DNA of 64,000 nucleotides, from contig JAUFOQ010000002.1 of NCBI GenBank assembly GCA_040285855.1, positions 1,984,001-2,048,000 on the forward strand. Direction: 5' to 3'. Positions 1 to 12,923 of the stretch are shown piece after piece. The notes below the pieces were generated by a model, which saw nothing but the letters and a program-made list of their open reading frames with translations, searched no databases and was not told the DNA's origin. The stretch's first letter is position 1; each line of letters starts with the position of its first letter. A program made the translations under genes and the position numbers. Origin of the DNA: Eukaryota sp. GEM-RC1 (taxonomy: Eukaryota).

Positions 1-664
1 ATAGAACTGATATTGGGCAGTTCTATGTTCCGGCATTCATATAATATTAGATTCATATTTGTATTTAAGGACCAAAATGTTAACAGATCTAACCACATTG
101 ATTGCTAACTCTACTCAGTGTCGTTCAAAATGCTATTAAGAAAACAAAATATTTGTATCTAAATTAGCGATTGCAACAAAATTCTTCTTATTTATCTAAT
201 TTTATAGCAGCTGTTAGGATGTTACGTTCACAATGAAAATCTTTAGAAAAGCAATTGTTCCTTCAAAACACCACCTGAAAAGATTTATGAAACTTTGATT
301 TAGTGATATCAAATTGCTCTGCACATAGGATGGTCCCGAAAAATTTTGAGTAATGATAAATTTTTTTTGTTCCTAATGTAGAATGTACTACTAGTAGTAC
401 TCCTTCTGTATCCCAGAAATGCAGTTTTTAATGAGCTGCTGGACGAACTACAAGAATTCACATTCAACATATGTTTGGTTTATTCATTAATGTTGATTTA
501 TCAAATGAATCGTAGTAAAAACACGAAAAGGATTTGGTTTTACAAATCCCATATTAATAGTCAGTATTGGTTTATAGATCAAAAGAACAAAAATACTATC
601 TCAATTTAAAATTGTGATTTGATAATCTAACTTCCAAATATGTATTGAAACTACTATCAGAAAG

Positions 665-2378
665 CTATTCAAGTTTACAACATTTGTCCATCATAGACAT
701 AAGTAAAGGACCCAACTGAACCTCAGCATCATAAAGCTCCAAGATCTCCACATCAACTTTAATAAAGTTCATCCACTCATTAAGAACATGTTGAACCATT
801 CGATGATCTATAGCGTTCAACTCCCCAGAACTATTAATTTCCTTCAAACATCGAGGCAAATCAATTAAATAAGAACCTCTCCCATCCAACTGATCATTAA
901 CTAGGGGAAACAGAAGCACCTTGGCTATTCTATGGGCAATATCATCAAGAGAACAAGAACTTAAAGAACGAAGACACGAGCAGATTGTGCTTTGAAGTAG
1001 TTGCTGATCAAAGGTAAACAACCTCCACACACTCTGATACCTCGTGAACTTTAAACGATCATAAATAATCTCTGACACTGTCCACTCATGCTCTTCATGA
1101 AGTTGACATAGTAACTGTCGTGCTGGATAATTTGTTAAGTTCTTCTGCATTGTCCAAAAGGTGTCTGGTCATCTGCTCTCAGTTGATGAAAATAAACTAG
1201 TTCTTGGGTCTAGTATTGGATGGAGACAGTTAATGTAGGGAATGGTGGCACGGAAAACTTTCTGTAATTGAACTGATTGGTTGGTGTCCTTCATGTCGAA
1301 GATGACGTCATAGATATTCCGATCGACTAGGACAAAATCACGTAAATGATTGATAAAGTCTTGAACACTGGTGTGAATTTTATCCAATTGAAAGACCTGT
1401 GTTGAGTCATTTTCAAAGTACTTCTGGTCTAGATGGTCAAGGGTCTGATCTGAAACAATCAAGGATTGGCATTGACGAGCAGGCTTGATCCTACAAGTTA
1501 AAGGCCAAGTGCTTTTGAAGAAAACAGAGAAGTTAGGATTCAGGGAAAGATTCTTAACAATTCTGCTGAAGTTGTTAGTTCGTTGTTGTGGATTGTTTAC
1601 AAGCAAATCTAGAATCATTTTCCTAGAAAATCCATCAACCCCTTCTAGATCAATTTTTGCTCCATGTATGTGAGTCATCAAAATAAAGGACTCCAGATCT
1701 CTAGATTTACAAAGGAAAGGGAAGTTTCCCTTGACCATGGCATAGAAAAACAATACCAAGGGACCAGTAATCCCATGAGTAGTCGTGGTGCTTTGCGGTA
1801 AGAACTTCAGGGGGAGTATAGGGTCTGGTTCCTGTATTAGCTGACTTTGGGCTATTTGGGCTGTGTTGTTCTAGGGTGTCAAAGTCAAAGATTACCACAT
1901 TGTCTTCACTGTCGATAAGAATGTTCTCTATTTTGATGTCACGACAGAGAAGAGAGTGTAAGTGGAGATGATGTACAGCAGAAACCAACTGAGCAAAGTA
2001 TTTGAGAGCTTTGGCAGGAGGTAAGGGGTCACCAGGAGTTGTGAGGACTCTACGATGTCCATTAAGGGTTGAACCATGTTCAAGATTAGAAACATCGATC
2101 TTACGATCACCAAAGATCATATGTCCGAGAGTTGTGGGATGAAAGTCCATGAGAACACAGAATTGAGAGTTCTGTTGATAACATGCGTGATAAATCATGA
2201 GATTGCGGTGAGGAGTGTGTTGGGAATCAAAGTATGTCTTCTCTCCCGCTCCTTCTGCAAGGGAAACCGACTTAGAGACGGCATAGTTACCAGTGTGGCG
2301 ATTGACTACCTTGTTGACGGTAAATCGGTTAGATTTGCCAATTTGTTCTTCGAAGATAAAGTCACTGCGGGAAAACAT
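665..2378 (-). CDS. Divergent Ser/Thr protein kinase with C-terminal extension (one frameshift and one in-frame TGA; possibly a pseudogene)
   Basis: ORF 1707-2378 has RDIKIENIL (catalytic loop), DFD in place of DFG, GTRPYTPPE and DYWSLG. Removing one T at about 1746-1750 restores WSLGIVFYAMVKGNFPF and joins ORF 1169-1759. ORF 665-1150 is in frame after TGA 1169-1171. Confidence 0.75.
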
Positions 2379-2716
2379 TTGAACAATTGTTTTTTAAATT
2401 TGGTGTTTTCTCGACAAGAGGAAATTAAGATAATGCCAAGGCGACTAGGCATCCATCCTGTGATTCAAACTCAGATCGAATGACTCTCTTGTTCACATCT
2501 AGATACAAGAAGTAACTGTACTTAAATTATCAAGAGAATTGAAGACAATCATATTACTTGCACATAATGAATTAACAATCATTAATTTATTTGACTGTTG
2601 GGACTTCATGATTTTGTGTCTTTCGTGTTGTACTTGATTTTACTGTAAGTGGTGAACAATAGACTTCTGTCAAATTTATTTACAATATCTTCATGTAGTC
2701 GTGTAAACCTATCAAA

Positions 2717-5429
2717 TTAATTATTTACAACAGTTTCCTTGATCAAGATTCCATAAACCCGAACATCAGTGTCCTCCTTAGAAACCCAATATTCTCCTAG
2801 CACAGCTTTGTCCTTTGGAATGATTTCTAGGTGATTAGGATCAGGGTTGACTCTGTTTTGTAGAACAACTTTGTAGTGTTTACCTTCCAGTTCAAACACT
2901 TTAGCGTATTTTTCAGCTACCTCAATGTCAGGAGTAGTGTAAATGCCTAGGATCAGAAAGCGTGATAAAACACAATCCTCGACCAAAAAGGAAACGTTGT
3001 CCTTTTGATAAATCAAAACCTTCTTTTGTAATTGACTTAGCATTGTTATCACAGGTACCATGATAAGAAACAGGCCATTCGCCATCATCTGTATTTGTTC
3101 TGTAAACGCTTGATCCAAGCCAACTATTCCCATCGTTGAATCTGTCTATTACCTTGATCGCAATTCTGTTCCATCCATATGGACGGTAGTATCTTAATTC
3201 ACCACGGAAGAACACAGTACCATCATCACTTTGGTTTGTGAAATCATAACTGTGGGGATGATCGATTTCTCGTTCTAAATCACATTTGTATTGATGAATT
3301 GCGTTACCAAAGGCGAGAAGATATAGACAGGAAAGTGTATTTGATTTTACTGTAAGTCGTGAACAAATGACTTCTTTCAAATTTATTTACAATTTCTTCA
3401 CACAGTCGTGTAAACCATTCAAATCAATTTTTTACTGCAGTTTCCTTAATCAAGATTCCATAAGGCCTAACATCAGTGTTGTTCTTTGAAACCCAATACT
3501 CGCCCAACCCAGTTTTGTCCTTTGAAATGATTTGTAGATGATTAGGATCAGGGTTGACTCTGTTTTGTAGAACAACTTAGTAGTGTTTACCTTCCAGTTC
3601 AAACACTTTGGCGTATTTTTCAGCTACCTCAATGTCAGGAGTAGTGTAAATGCCTAGGATTAGAAAGCGTGATAAAACACAATCCTCGACCAAAAAGGAA
3701 ACGTTGTCCTTTTGATAAATCAAAACCTTCTTTTGTAATTGACTTAGCATTGTTATCACAGGTACCATGATAAGAAACAGGCCATTCGCCATCATCTGTA
3801 TTTGTTCTGTAAACGCTTGATCCAAGCCAACTATTCCCATCGTTGAATCTGTCTATTACCTTGATCGCAATTCTGTTCCATCCATATGGACGGTAGTATC
3901 TTAATTCACCACGGAAGAACACAGTACCATCATCACTTTGGTTTGTGAAATCATAACTGTGGGGATGATCGATTTCTCGTTCTAAATCACATTTGTATTG
4001 ATGAATTGCGTTACCAAAGGCGAGAAGATATAGACAGGAAAGTGTATTTGATTTTACTGTAAGTCGTGAACAAATGACTTCTTTCAAATTTATTTACAAT
4101 TTCTTCACACAGTCGTGTAAACCATTCAAATCAATTTTTTACTGCAGTTTCCTTAATCAAGATTCCATAAGGCCTAACATCAGTGTTGTTCTTTGAAACC
4201 CAATACTCGCCCAACCCAGTTTTGTCCTTTGAAATGATTTGTAGATGATTAGGATCAGGGTTGACTCTGTTTTGTAGAACAACTTTGTAGTGTTTACCTT
4301 CCAGTTCAAACACTTTGGCGTATTTTTCAGCTACCTCAATGTCAGGAGTAGTGTAAATGCCTAGGATTAGAAAGCGTGATAAAACACAATCCTCGACCAA
4401 AAAGGAAACGTTGTCCTTTTGATAAATCAAAACCTTCTTTTGTAATTGACTTAGCATTGTTATCACAGGTACCATGATAAGAAACAGGCCATTCGCCATC
4501 ATCTGTATTTGTTCTGTAAACGCTTGATCCAAGCCAACTATTCCCATCGTTGAATCTGTCTATTACCTTGATCGCAATTCTGTTCCATCCATATGGACGG
4601 TAGTATCTTAATTCACCACGGAAGAACACAGTACCATCATCACTTTGGTTTGTGAAATCATAACTGTGGGGATGATCGATTTCTCGTTCTAAATCACATT
4701 TGTATTGATGAATTGCGTTACCAAAGGCGAGAAGATATAGACAGGAAACTGTATTTGATTTTACTGTAAGTCGTGAACAATTGACTTCTTTCAAATTTAT
4801 TTACAATTTCTTCACACAGTCGTGTAAACCATTCAAATCAATTTTTTACTGCAGTTTCCTTAATCAAGATTCCATAAGGCCTAACATCAGTGTTGTTCTT
4901 TGAAACCCAATACTCGCCCAACCCAGTTTTGTCCTTTGAAATGATTTGTAGATGATTAGGATCAGGGTTGACTCTGTTTTGTAGAACAACTTTGTAGTGT
5001 TTACCATCCAGTTCAAACACTTTGGCGTATTTTTCAGCTACCTCAATGTCAGGAGTAGTGTAAATGCCTAGGATTAGAAAGCGTGATAAAACACAAACCT
5101 CGACCAAAAAGGAAACGTTGTCCTTTTGATAAATCAAAACCTTCTTTTGCAATTGACTTAGCATTGTTATCACAGGTACCATGATAAGAAACAGGCCATT
5201 CGCCATCATCTGTATTTGTTCTGTAACCGCTTGATCCAAGCCAACTATTCCCATCGTTGAATCTTTCTATTACCTTGATCGCAATTCTGTTCCATCCATA
5301 TGGACGGTAGTATCTGAATTCACCACGGAAGAACACAGTACCATCATCACTTTGGTTTGTGAAATCATAACTGTGGGGATGATCGATTTCTCGTTCTAAA
5401 TCACATTTGTATTGATGAATTGCGTTACC
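2717..5429 (-). pseudogene. Four 5'-truncated ART-domain copies (2717-3308, 3424-4015, 4131-4722, 4838-5429) lacking the ubiquitin domain and an upstream in-frame ATG
   Basis: Each copy begins at GNAIHQ. Copies 1-3 have the intron donor mutated from GT to GA. Copy 2 has a nonsense codon at 3577-3579. Confidence 0.8.
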
Positions 5430-5544
5430 AAAGGCGAGAAGATATAGACAGGAAACTGTATTTGATTTTACTGTAAGTCGTGAACAAATGACTTCTTTCA
5501 AATTTATTTACAATTTCTTCACACAGTCGTGTAAACCATTCAAA

Positions 5545-6514
5545 TCAATTTTTTACTGCAGTTTCCTTAATCAAGATTCCATAAGGCCTAACATCAGTGT
5601 TGTTCTTTGAAACCCAATACTCGCCCAACCCAGTTTTGTCCTTTGAAATGATTTGTAGATGATTAGGATCAGTGTTGACTCTGTTTTGTAGAACAACTTT
5701 GTAGTGTTTACCATCCAGTTCAAACACTTTGGCGTATTTTTCAGCTACCTCAATGTCAGGAGTAGTGTAAATGCCTAGGATTAGAAAGCGTGATAAAACA
5801 CAAACCTCGACCAAAAAGGAAACGTTGTCCTTTTGATAAATCAAAACCTTCTTTTGCAATTGACTTAGCATTGTTATCACAGGTACCATGATAAGAAACA
5901 GGCCATTCGCCATCATCTGTATTTGTTCTGTAACCGCTTGATCCAAGCCAACTATTCCCATCGTTGAATCTGTCTATTACCTTGATCGCAATTCTGTTCC
6001 ATCCATATGGACGGTAGTATCTGAATTCACCACGGAAGAACACAGTACCATCATCACTTTGGTTTGTGAAATCATAACTGTGGGGATGATCGATTTCTCG
6101 TTCTAAATCACATTTGTATTGATGAATTGCATTACCACCTCGGAGACAGAGAACTTGATGGACTGTAGCTTCTTTGGGAATGTGGTAATCTTCGAGTGTG
6201 TTTCCGTCTTCGAGCTGCTTCCCGGCAAATATTATCCTTTGCTGGTTAGGCGCAATTCCTGTCATTCGCTCATAGAGAAGCTTCAAGTGGCCAACAGTCT
6301 CGCTACTTTGTATCGATACCGAATAGGTTCTTCCTGAGAGCGATTTTATAAAAAGCTGCATGCCTTTCTCGTCAATGTCTCCAATAGGCCCAGATATCAA
6401 AGAAGATTGATGGATGTCAAGTATTGTGATTGGGGCGGTTTGGTCTCCTTCAGAACTGAGTGGTTTACCGAAGAGGGATTCTACAGCAGTTTGAATAAGT
6501 GCGGAACTAGGCAT
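5545..6514 (-). CDS. Ubiquitin-like domain fused to a PARP-like (H-Y-E) ADP-ribosyltransferase domain; 2 exons (6514-5806, 5774-5545), about 312 aa
   Basis: [12 protein letters not shown]...[22 protein letters not shown]...LRGG is a ubiquitin fold. The following YHGT, FGRG^IYTTP, AEKYA, QNRVN, GEYW and RPYGILIK resemble the PARP/Gig2/NEURL4-like ART domain. Splicing the 31 nt intron joins the two ORFs. Confidence 0.85.
5775..5805 (-). other. 31 nt spliceosomal intron
   Basis: GTTTGTGTTTTATCACGCTTTCTAATCCTAG has GT...AG ends and a CTAAT branch-like motif next to the 3' splice site. Removal restores the conserved FGRGIYTTP. Confidence 0.9.
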
Positions 6515-7530
6515 TGTGATGAAAAGTTTGTCGGAATTTTAATTTCCAACACATGTTCTCAGTAACACGGTGCTTTTGAACAATGGTCTGTAATATGTAG
6601 ATCGAAAGACTGAACAGAATACTAATGGTCTGAGACCTATGGTATGTTCTCCAGTTGAGGATCACACTAAGAACAGTACTGTAATCTTAAACAACAGTTT
6701 TACTGACAGTAAACAACAAAACAGGAATTATGATCAATACAGTTTTGAACTTCTTCATTTGTTCGAATTAAGTTCAAGTCACTGCTTGGCTTGGGAAAGT
6801 CCACACTAACTTGTGTTGACTTTATCTCTATCAGATTGACTAGTAAGATTTGGAAAGACATAGGTTTATGTAAGAAGGTAAAAGTACAATTACACAATAA
6901 TAATGCTAAATAATCAACACTTGAGTATATGTTGAGTCATTTGACAAGTCAAGTCAAGTCTGGATATGTCTTAGCTCAAGTGGATCAGCTTATGTTCATC
7001 AGCCGACAGTTCTAATCAATGTGTACCAATTTTTATAAACTGCAGTATAAGGATGTCCGATTTTTGCCGATAAATAATTGCAATAATTGATTGGCCTTAC
7101 TTTCTGAATTGGCAATTAATGGCCAATTAATAGCCTCCATATTGAGAGAAATACTAGACTCATTTTTATTATAAAACAGAATAAATATTCTACAAAATAT
7201 CAAGTCTGGCAGATTAGCTTTCAACCATCAAAACTCAATAACCACAAATTTATACTTGAACCCTATTATCTACAGTTTTAATAAAATTTTACCACTGTAC
7301 TACAAATCTGAGTCTCTTATAATGTCAAATGCGTTCGATAGTCTCTGTTCGAAACTCAAACACTGTCTTTGAAGTAAGAATATCTAAGTGAGAATCTCTA
7401 AATCGATTGCTGACATTGACAAGATTCAGATACAAAGTGATCCGAAACGAAATAATCAGAAAGGTTGAAACTCTAGATTTGAAATTAACAAATGTGTATT
7501 TGTGCATTTAGAACTTGACAAACATTGGAA

Positions 7531-10289
7531 CTACCAAAAAAACCAACGTATGCGATCACATGAAATCTTACTAGTACTTAGCTGAGTCTGATCATCAACA
7601 GGGTTGTTACGCAGATTAATTTCTCTGACTGTGGAATTAATTTTTAAAGCTTCAGCCAAAGCTATAGCGCCATCATTACCAATAGAATTTGACTGTAGAC
7701 AAATCACAGAAATCGTAGAATTAGTTTTTAAAACTTCAAACAATGCTATTGCACCTTCAGTTCGAATCATGTTGTTCTTAAGATTAATCATGTTCAATTT
7801 TAAACAAGGGTTTAATTTAAGATCACCAAACATAATCGAAATATCAGCATGAGATACATTACAATGACTGAAATCTACAGCAGTCAGAGTAGAATTTGCT
7901 ATAATCAGATCACGTAATCCAATAATCACTTCCTTACCAAAACGGCAACCACTGAGAATCAACTCTTTGATACTAAAACGATCCACAAATGATTGAAGAG
8001 AGTCTACGTCATTGGGGGACATAAATGGATACGTACTATGTGGAGTGTAACAAAGAACACCTTCACCAACCATAAAAACGCGAGCAGCATCACAGTGATC
8101 TATAACCGATCCATAAACAGATGAAATCTCATACCATAGTAGAATTAATTCAAGAGTAATGACATTTAGACCTTCGTGATCAACACGTTGAACACGAACT
8201 CCTGACTGTAAGGAATTTAAAAGCGCTTCTAAATCAGCACGTGTGACCATTTGATTATATTTAAAACGGCCATGAGAAAGATCAATTGAATGGGGGCAGA
8301 CATCGACTGAAGAGACTGAAGTGTCAGTCGAGACCAGTTCATAAAGATTTAAAAGACCCTTCAAAGAAAAGGAATTATTACTTAGATTGATATGATCGAG
8401 ACTCGAGCATGAGCTAAAATCACCAAAGATTATTAAAATGTCATCATCAGAGAGATTGCAATCACTGAGCTCAATTGAGGTCAAATTAGTGTTCACCTTG
8501 ATGATTTTACTTAAACCTAATACGTCTTCAGAAAATCGACAGTCTTGAAGACAAAGTTCACTAATTGAAACTGTTTCTAAAAAGGACTGTAAAGCTGATA
8601 ATTCAACAGCTGTTGTTTCCTTTCGAAATTTTGGAGCATAACTAAATACGCCATCTTTGACATCAATAAAACTAAGGGGACAATTAACATCTATAATGGA
8701 CCTATAAACAGTACAAAGTTCAACGAATTCCAGAATCTTTCCAAAACAGGAAAGTTTCCATCCCTCACAGTCAACACGTTTAACGGGAACATTTGACTTC
8801 AATGCATTTAAAAGCGACACCACCTCATCTTCAAAAATTCGCTGTGGATAAACAATAAATCCAGAAGAAACTTCTATAGAACTCGGTGATAAGTCTATAT
8901 TTGCACTGTAATTCTCAGACTGAAATCGCTCAAAACAGGTAAGCACAGAAGTAAAAGCTAATTCAGGTAAGCTCACAGTTTTTAAGGTAGAATTGTGTTG
9001 AAGTGCATTAAATAGATGATTAATTGACAGAGGATCTAAAGCGTTACCAATGATACTAAGGGAAATTAATCCGGTATTATCACGTATCATTTCAAACAAT
9101 GATTGACCTTCATGATTAGATAGTTTACCATCAGAATGATGAATTGTCAACTCCAATAAAGAGTTGTTATTCACAAGAGAGTTAAACACTGGTGAAAAAC
9201 AAGAATTGAACATTGAAACACATACTTTTTCAAAACATTGTTAAATTTAAAAACTTCTCCAAGTTCGACCGCATTATCGTCTGTAAACTGACTATAAGGC
9301 ATTTCTACTACTGTAAGAGATTCATTCTTTTGAAGTGCCAGAAAAAACTTAGAACAAAGATATGCAAACCATGTCAACTTGAAAACTTTTAGAGTGGGAA
9401 TACTGAATATTGGTAACAAGAAATCACAATAACCTTCACCATCAATATCAATAAAGGATACGTCAACTTCCGTCAGTCGACGATTCTTTCCAAGAGCAGT
9501 GAAAATAGGGAGTAATTCGAAATCTAAAAGAGAGCACTCACCATCAATGAATTTGAGCTTTGTTAACGTCATCATAGACGAAAAGACTTCTTCAAGGTGT
9601 TTAACATGGAATGAATTTAATTTGGAAAAATTTAAACTTAAGGTCTTGATTGTAGAACTAGCCATTAGAGATTTGCAAAATGAGGGAAAATACGATGTTG
9701 AGGAAATCTCTTCAACACTCAAGTCTTCAAGTCTGGGTAGAAAGAAAACAGAAGATTCATTCAACATATCAAAATCATTCAAAATAGATAGCTTCGTTCG
9801 AACTCTAGAAATGGAATTTTTAAAGGGTTTGACTGAGTTAGGAAGGAAATTATAGTTCTCACATAAATCAATAGAATGTAACGATGATTGAAAGAAAGAA
9901 GCAAGGGTAGAAAACAAAAGGACTCGAGAACAATCCAAGCTAAATGTACATGTCTTAAAGAAAACTTGAACTGCTGAGAATGCTAATCTGAAGAAGGACT
10001 GGCTAACGTAACCAATTTTGTTAAAGAAGGTGTGTAGTTGTCTTTTCATGTCGCGACATTCAAGAAATGTATGTTGTTTATGACTGTCAAGACAGGACTT
10101 CGTTAGAAGTCTGAGTGAGTGAGAACTGATTAAGATTAACAAAGAGTGTGGAAAACTTATGTGAGTTCTTTTTGAAGGAAGTTCGTGGCAGCAAATGTTA
10201 GCTGTTGAACAAGAAGAGTGGATGTCATCCATTGGATGGTCAGTTTCAAGAGGAGAACGACTCCTCTTTAGTGGAGGTTCTTCATTCAT
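7531..10289 (-). CDS. Leucine-rich repeat (RNI-like/NLRC3-like LRR) protein, split by one frameshift at about 9226-9230
   Basis: Repeats such as INLKNNMIRTEGAIALFEVLKTNSTISVICLQSNSIGNDGAIALAEALKINSTVREINLRNN. ORFs 9171-10289 and 7531-9213 join by adding one A to an A5 run. Confidence 0.85.
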
Positions 10290-12191
10290 GGTGTAACAGT
10301 TGGTTGATTGAAGAAAGAAAATGAATCATTTGGGGTTGGATTGGCAGTTGGTCCTTCAGTAGTCTGGTGTTGTTCCAGTTTCCTTCACAAAGGGCATATC
10401 ATCAGGAGGCATGTATAATTTTGCTTTTGTGTCACACTCACCTGTTTTTCATCAGCATGGCTACTGAATTGTTTGATGTGTCTCACGTAGAATTTGAAAT
10501 TGGTTTGAAGTCTAAGGATGCTTTGAGTTTGTTTTGGAGTGATTCATTTTCAGTCGTAGAATCGGTTTTGGATTCGCGATTTCTAGCTTTCAATTATCTA
10601 ATTGTTGGTCTTACCTACTGGATTCAAACAATTTGTAAACCAACAACCAATTTTGACCCGACTAAATAACTGAATAACATTTGTAATTTAAGAGTACTCA
10701 ATAATTGTTAAGTCAATGTGAGTTCGGGAAGATATATCAGTGTCACCAAGATATGTCGTTGGCCAAATTGAGGATCTATTATATTTTACAACTAAACTTG
10801 AATTTACTCAATATCATTAAAGCAACATTCATTGCCATTAAATCTCACATAAGCCTTTTCATCATAGAAAATACTGTGAGCTGTCGAAGTCACAATAGGA
10901 ATTGATTTAAAAATTGTAAAAACAACACGATTCAACCAAAACTAATAATCAAATTTCTTGTTCATTTTTTTTTGATAACTTTCTCAAAATCAGAGAGAAA
11001 ACAAAGAGCATCTTTATCAAGTCGACCATAAATTGAAATTGCAAAAGGACACAATTTGTACTCAATATTTTTGGTCTGATTGAGAGCAGTCATCGTATTT
11101 GGTCTCTTAAATTGTTCTGAAAAATCAAGGGTTAGAAGTCACTTCATTTTTATCTTTAAATGTAGTTGTTTTGCAAACATTCACAGTGATCACATCAACA
11201 ACCATCAGTTCATCATTGACTGATAAAAAGATGACATCAGCTCAGTTTTTACCAACATGTCTTATCAGAATCACAATTTATACATTATTGATCTCAAGAA
11301 TTCTCAACTGTGGTTCAACGAAAGATTAGATTTTGTAGGACTTATACATGGCATGCATTTGATCTCTGACAGCATCATGAATGCAAGTTCGATCCGTGAT
11401 GAAACTGTTACAACTCAAAAGGGGAGAAAAAGTAACTAAGTAATTGACTACCTTCACAATCAAGTTCATTAGGTAAATAAGAGGGCCACAAGAAGCATCG
11501 AAGTCTGATTGTTAAGTGTTAAATGTTATGTTAGATCATTGAACAACAATCCATAAATCTGTGGAATTTGGTTAATCAATGCAACTGAAAAACTGTGGTC
11601 CTTCAAATCGATTAAAATATTAGCAAATGCTGGATTATTTTCTTTGGTCGAGCCAAGTCGAATTTAAAATCTAGACATTCAAAATGTTTTTAAATGTTGT
11701 CTTTGGAGTTTTTAAGAGCAGATTTCAAAGAACTGACACATCGTTCTGGTCAGCAATTTTGAAATGAAATATTGTGCTTGGTCGTCTAATCAGTATCTAT
11801 GTGATGAATGACACAATAATAAACTATGCGAAAAGATTGATTCTCTACAATTGATTGAGATACACTTATTTGGAAAACATTTGGATATAATACAACGAAT
11901 ACGTGGTGCATTTACTTGGTGTTCTTAAAAGATGATGTTGACTACTAGAGCTTGGAGAAATGAAGTGAAATCACACACAACTTCAGATAAATTTAGGCAG
12001 AGGGCAATGAAACCAATACGAAGGTAAAAAACAATAAAACATCAATGCAACACTGCTTCAGGGCGGTTCAGTTTTGCATATATGAAAGTATATAGCTACC
12101 GTTTACAAAGGTTCTTTTATATACATGTAATTACATTGACTGCTAGTCTAGTCACGCAGTTGTAGATCTTTTGATTGACGGTTTAGATGTC

Positions 12192-12923
12192 TTATGGTTC
12201 TGTACTTGGAGCTGGTTGTTGAACAGTTTCTGGAAGCGTACAATTTGTTGATATCATGGAGTTCAAGTCAGTGTCAGTCAGGTCCTTGTTGAAGCTCCTG
12301 CTACTGAAAGCTTGCCAAATTGTATGGTGATCAAGCTTTCCCTTGAAGTTATCACAGAGACTCTGGACATATCGATTGATTTCTTTTGCTATGGTATGTG
12401 CAACCCGTGTTTCGTGCGAATTGAAGAGACTCTGTACATGATCTGCTGGAAGAAAGCTGTACATCTCTTGATATGATTGTAATTCATCGGGAGATGCTGT
12501 TGTTGATGTACAACTTTGTGTAGGATTTTGACTTTGTAGTGAGTTTGCAGTAATGGAAACATTCATATGACTCAGTTGGTCGGGGATGTAAGCAGAAGCT
12601 CGAAGAATGTCATATCTGCACTCAGCAAGGCTAAATACTATTATTTCAGGTGATAGTTGAGGAAAAGACCGCGAAAGCCGAACCCAATCAAGTGAGTCGA
12701 ATATGCATTGACTGATTCGAAGCAGAAATCTCATCAGAGTCCAAATGACGAGAAGACACAGAAATGTTAGGAAATGATCTGGGGCGGTGATTAGAGAGCA
12801 CAGGGCCTCCAGACGTCGTTTTAGGGCTTTTTGGAATGTAGAAAATTTGGGGCATTGTGCGATTGATTCAAAGTGTATTCTAAAGTTTAAAAACGATTCA
12901 CGCAGCAGAACAACAGGAACCAC
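12192..12923 (-). CDS. Protein or fragment with CUE/UBA-like helical repeats; paralogue of the N-terminus of the 13610-16319 gene
   Basis: YSFLPADHVQSLF...NRYVQSLCDNFKGKLDHHTIWQAF aligns with YSFLPPEHIESIC...NRDVQSLFDKFKESLDHETIWKVY. The start is uncertain. Confidence 0.55.
   Translation of the reverse strand: MVPVVLLRESFLNFRIHFESIAQCPKFSTFQKALKRRLEALCSLITAPDHFLTFLCLLVIWTLMRFLLRISQCIFDSLDWVRLSRSFPQLSPEIIVFSLAECRYDILRASAYIPDQLSHMNVSITANSLQSQNPTQSCTSTTASPDELQSYQEMYSFLPADHVQSLFNSHETRVAHTIAKEINRYVQSLCDNFKGKLDHHTIWQAFSSRSFNKDLTDTDLNSMISTNCTLPETVQQPAPSTEP

Larger units (their letters stand above)
2633..6137. repeat. Tandem array of about 5 x 707 bp units, each carrying an ART-like domain
   Basis: Homologous ORF ends at 2928, 3635, 4342, 5049 and 5756 (exact 707 bp spacing). 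Units are near-identical with a few diagnostic SNPs. Confidence 0.97.

Noticed and set aside
2633..6137. ART array as one polyprotein via readthrough
   Set aside because: The spliced unit is 676 nt (not a multiple of 3) and stops occur in the linker frames.
9190..9226. GTATGT...CCAG 37 nt candidate intron in the LRR gene
   Set aside because: Splicing it gives an immediate stop (AAT GTT TAA). A 1 nt homopolymer indel explains the join.
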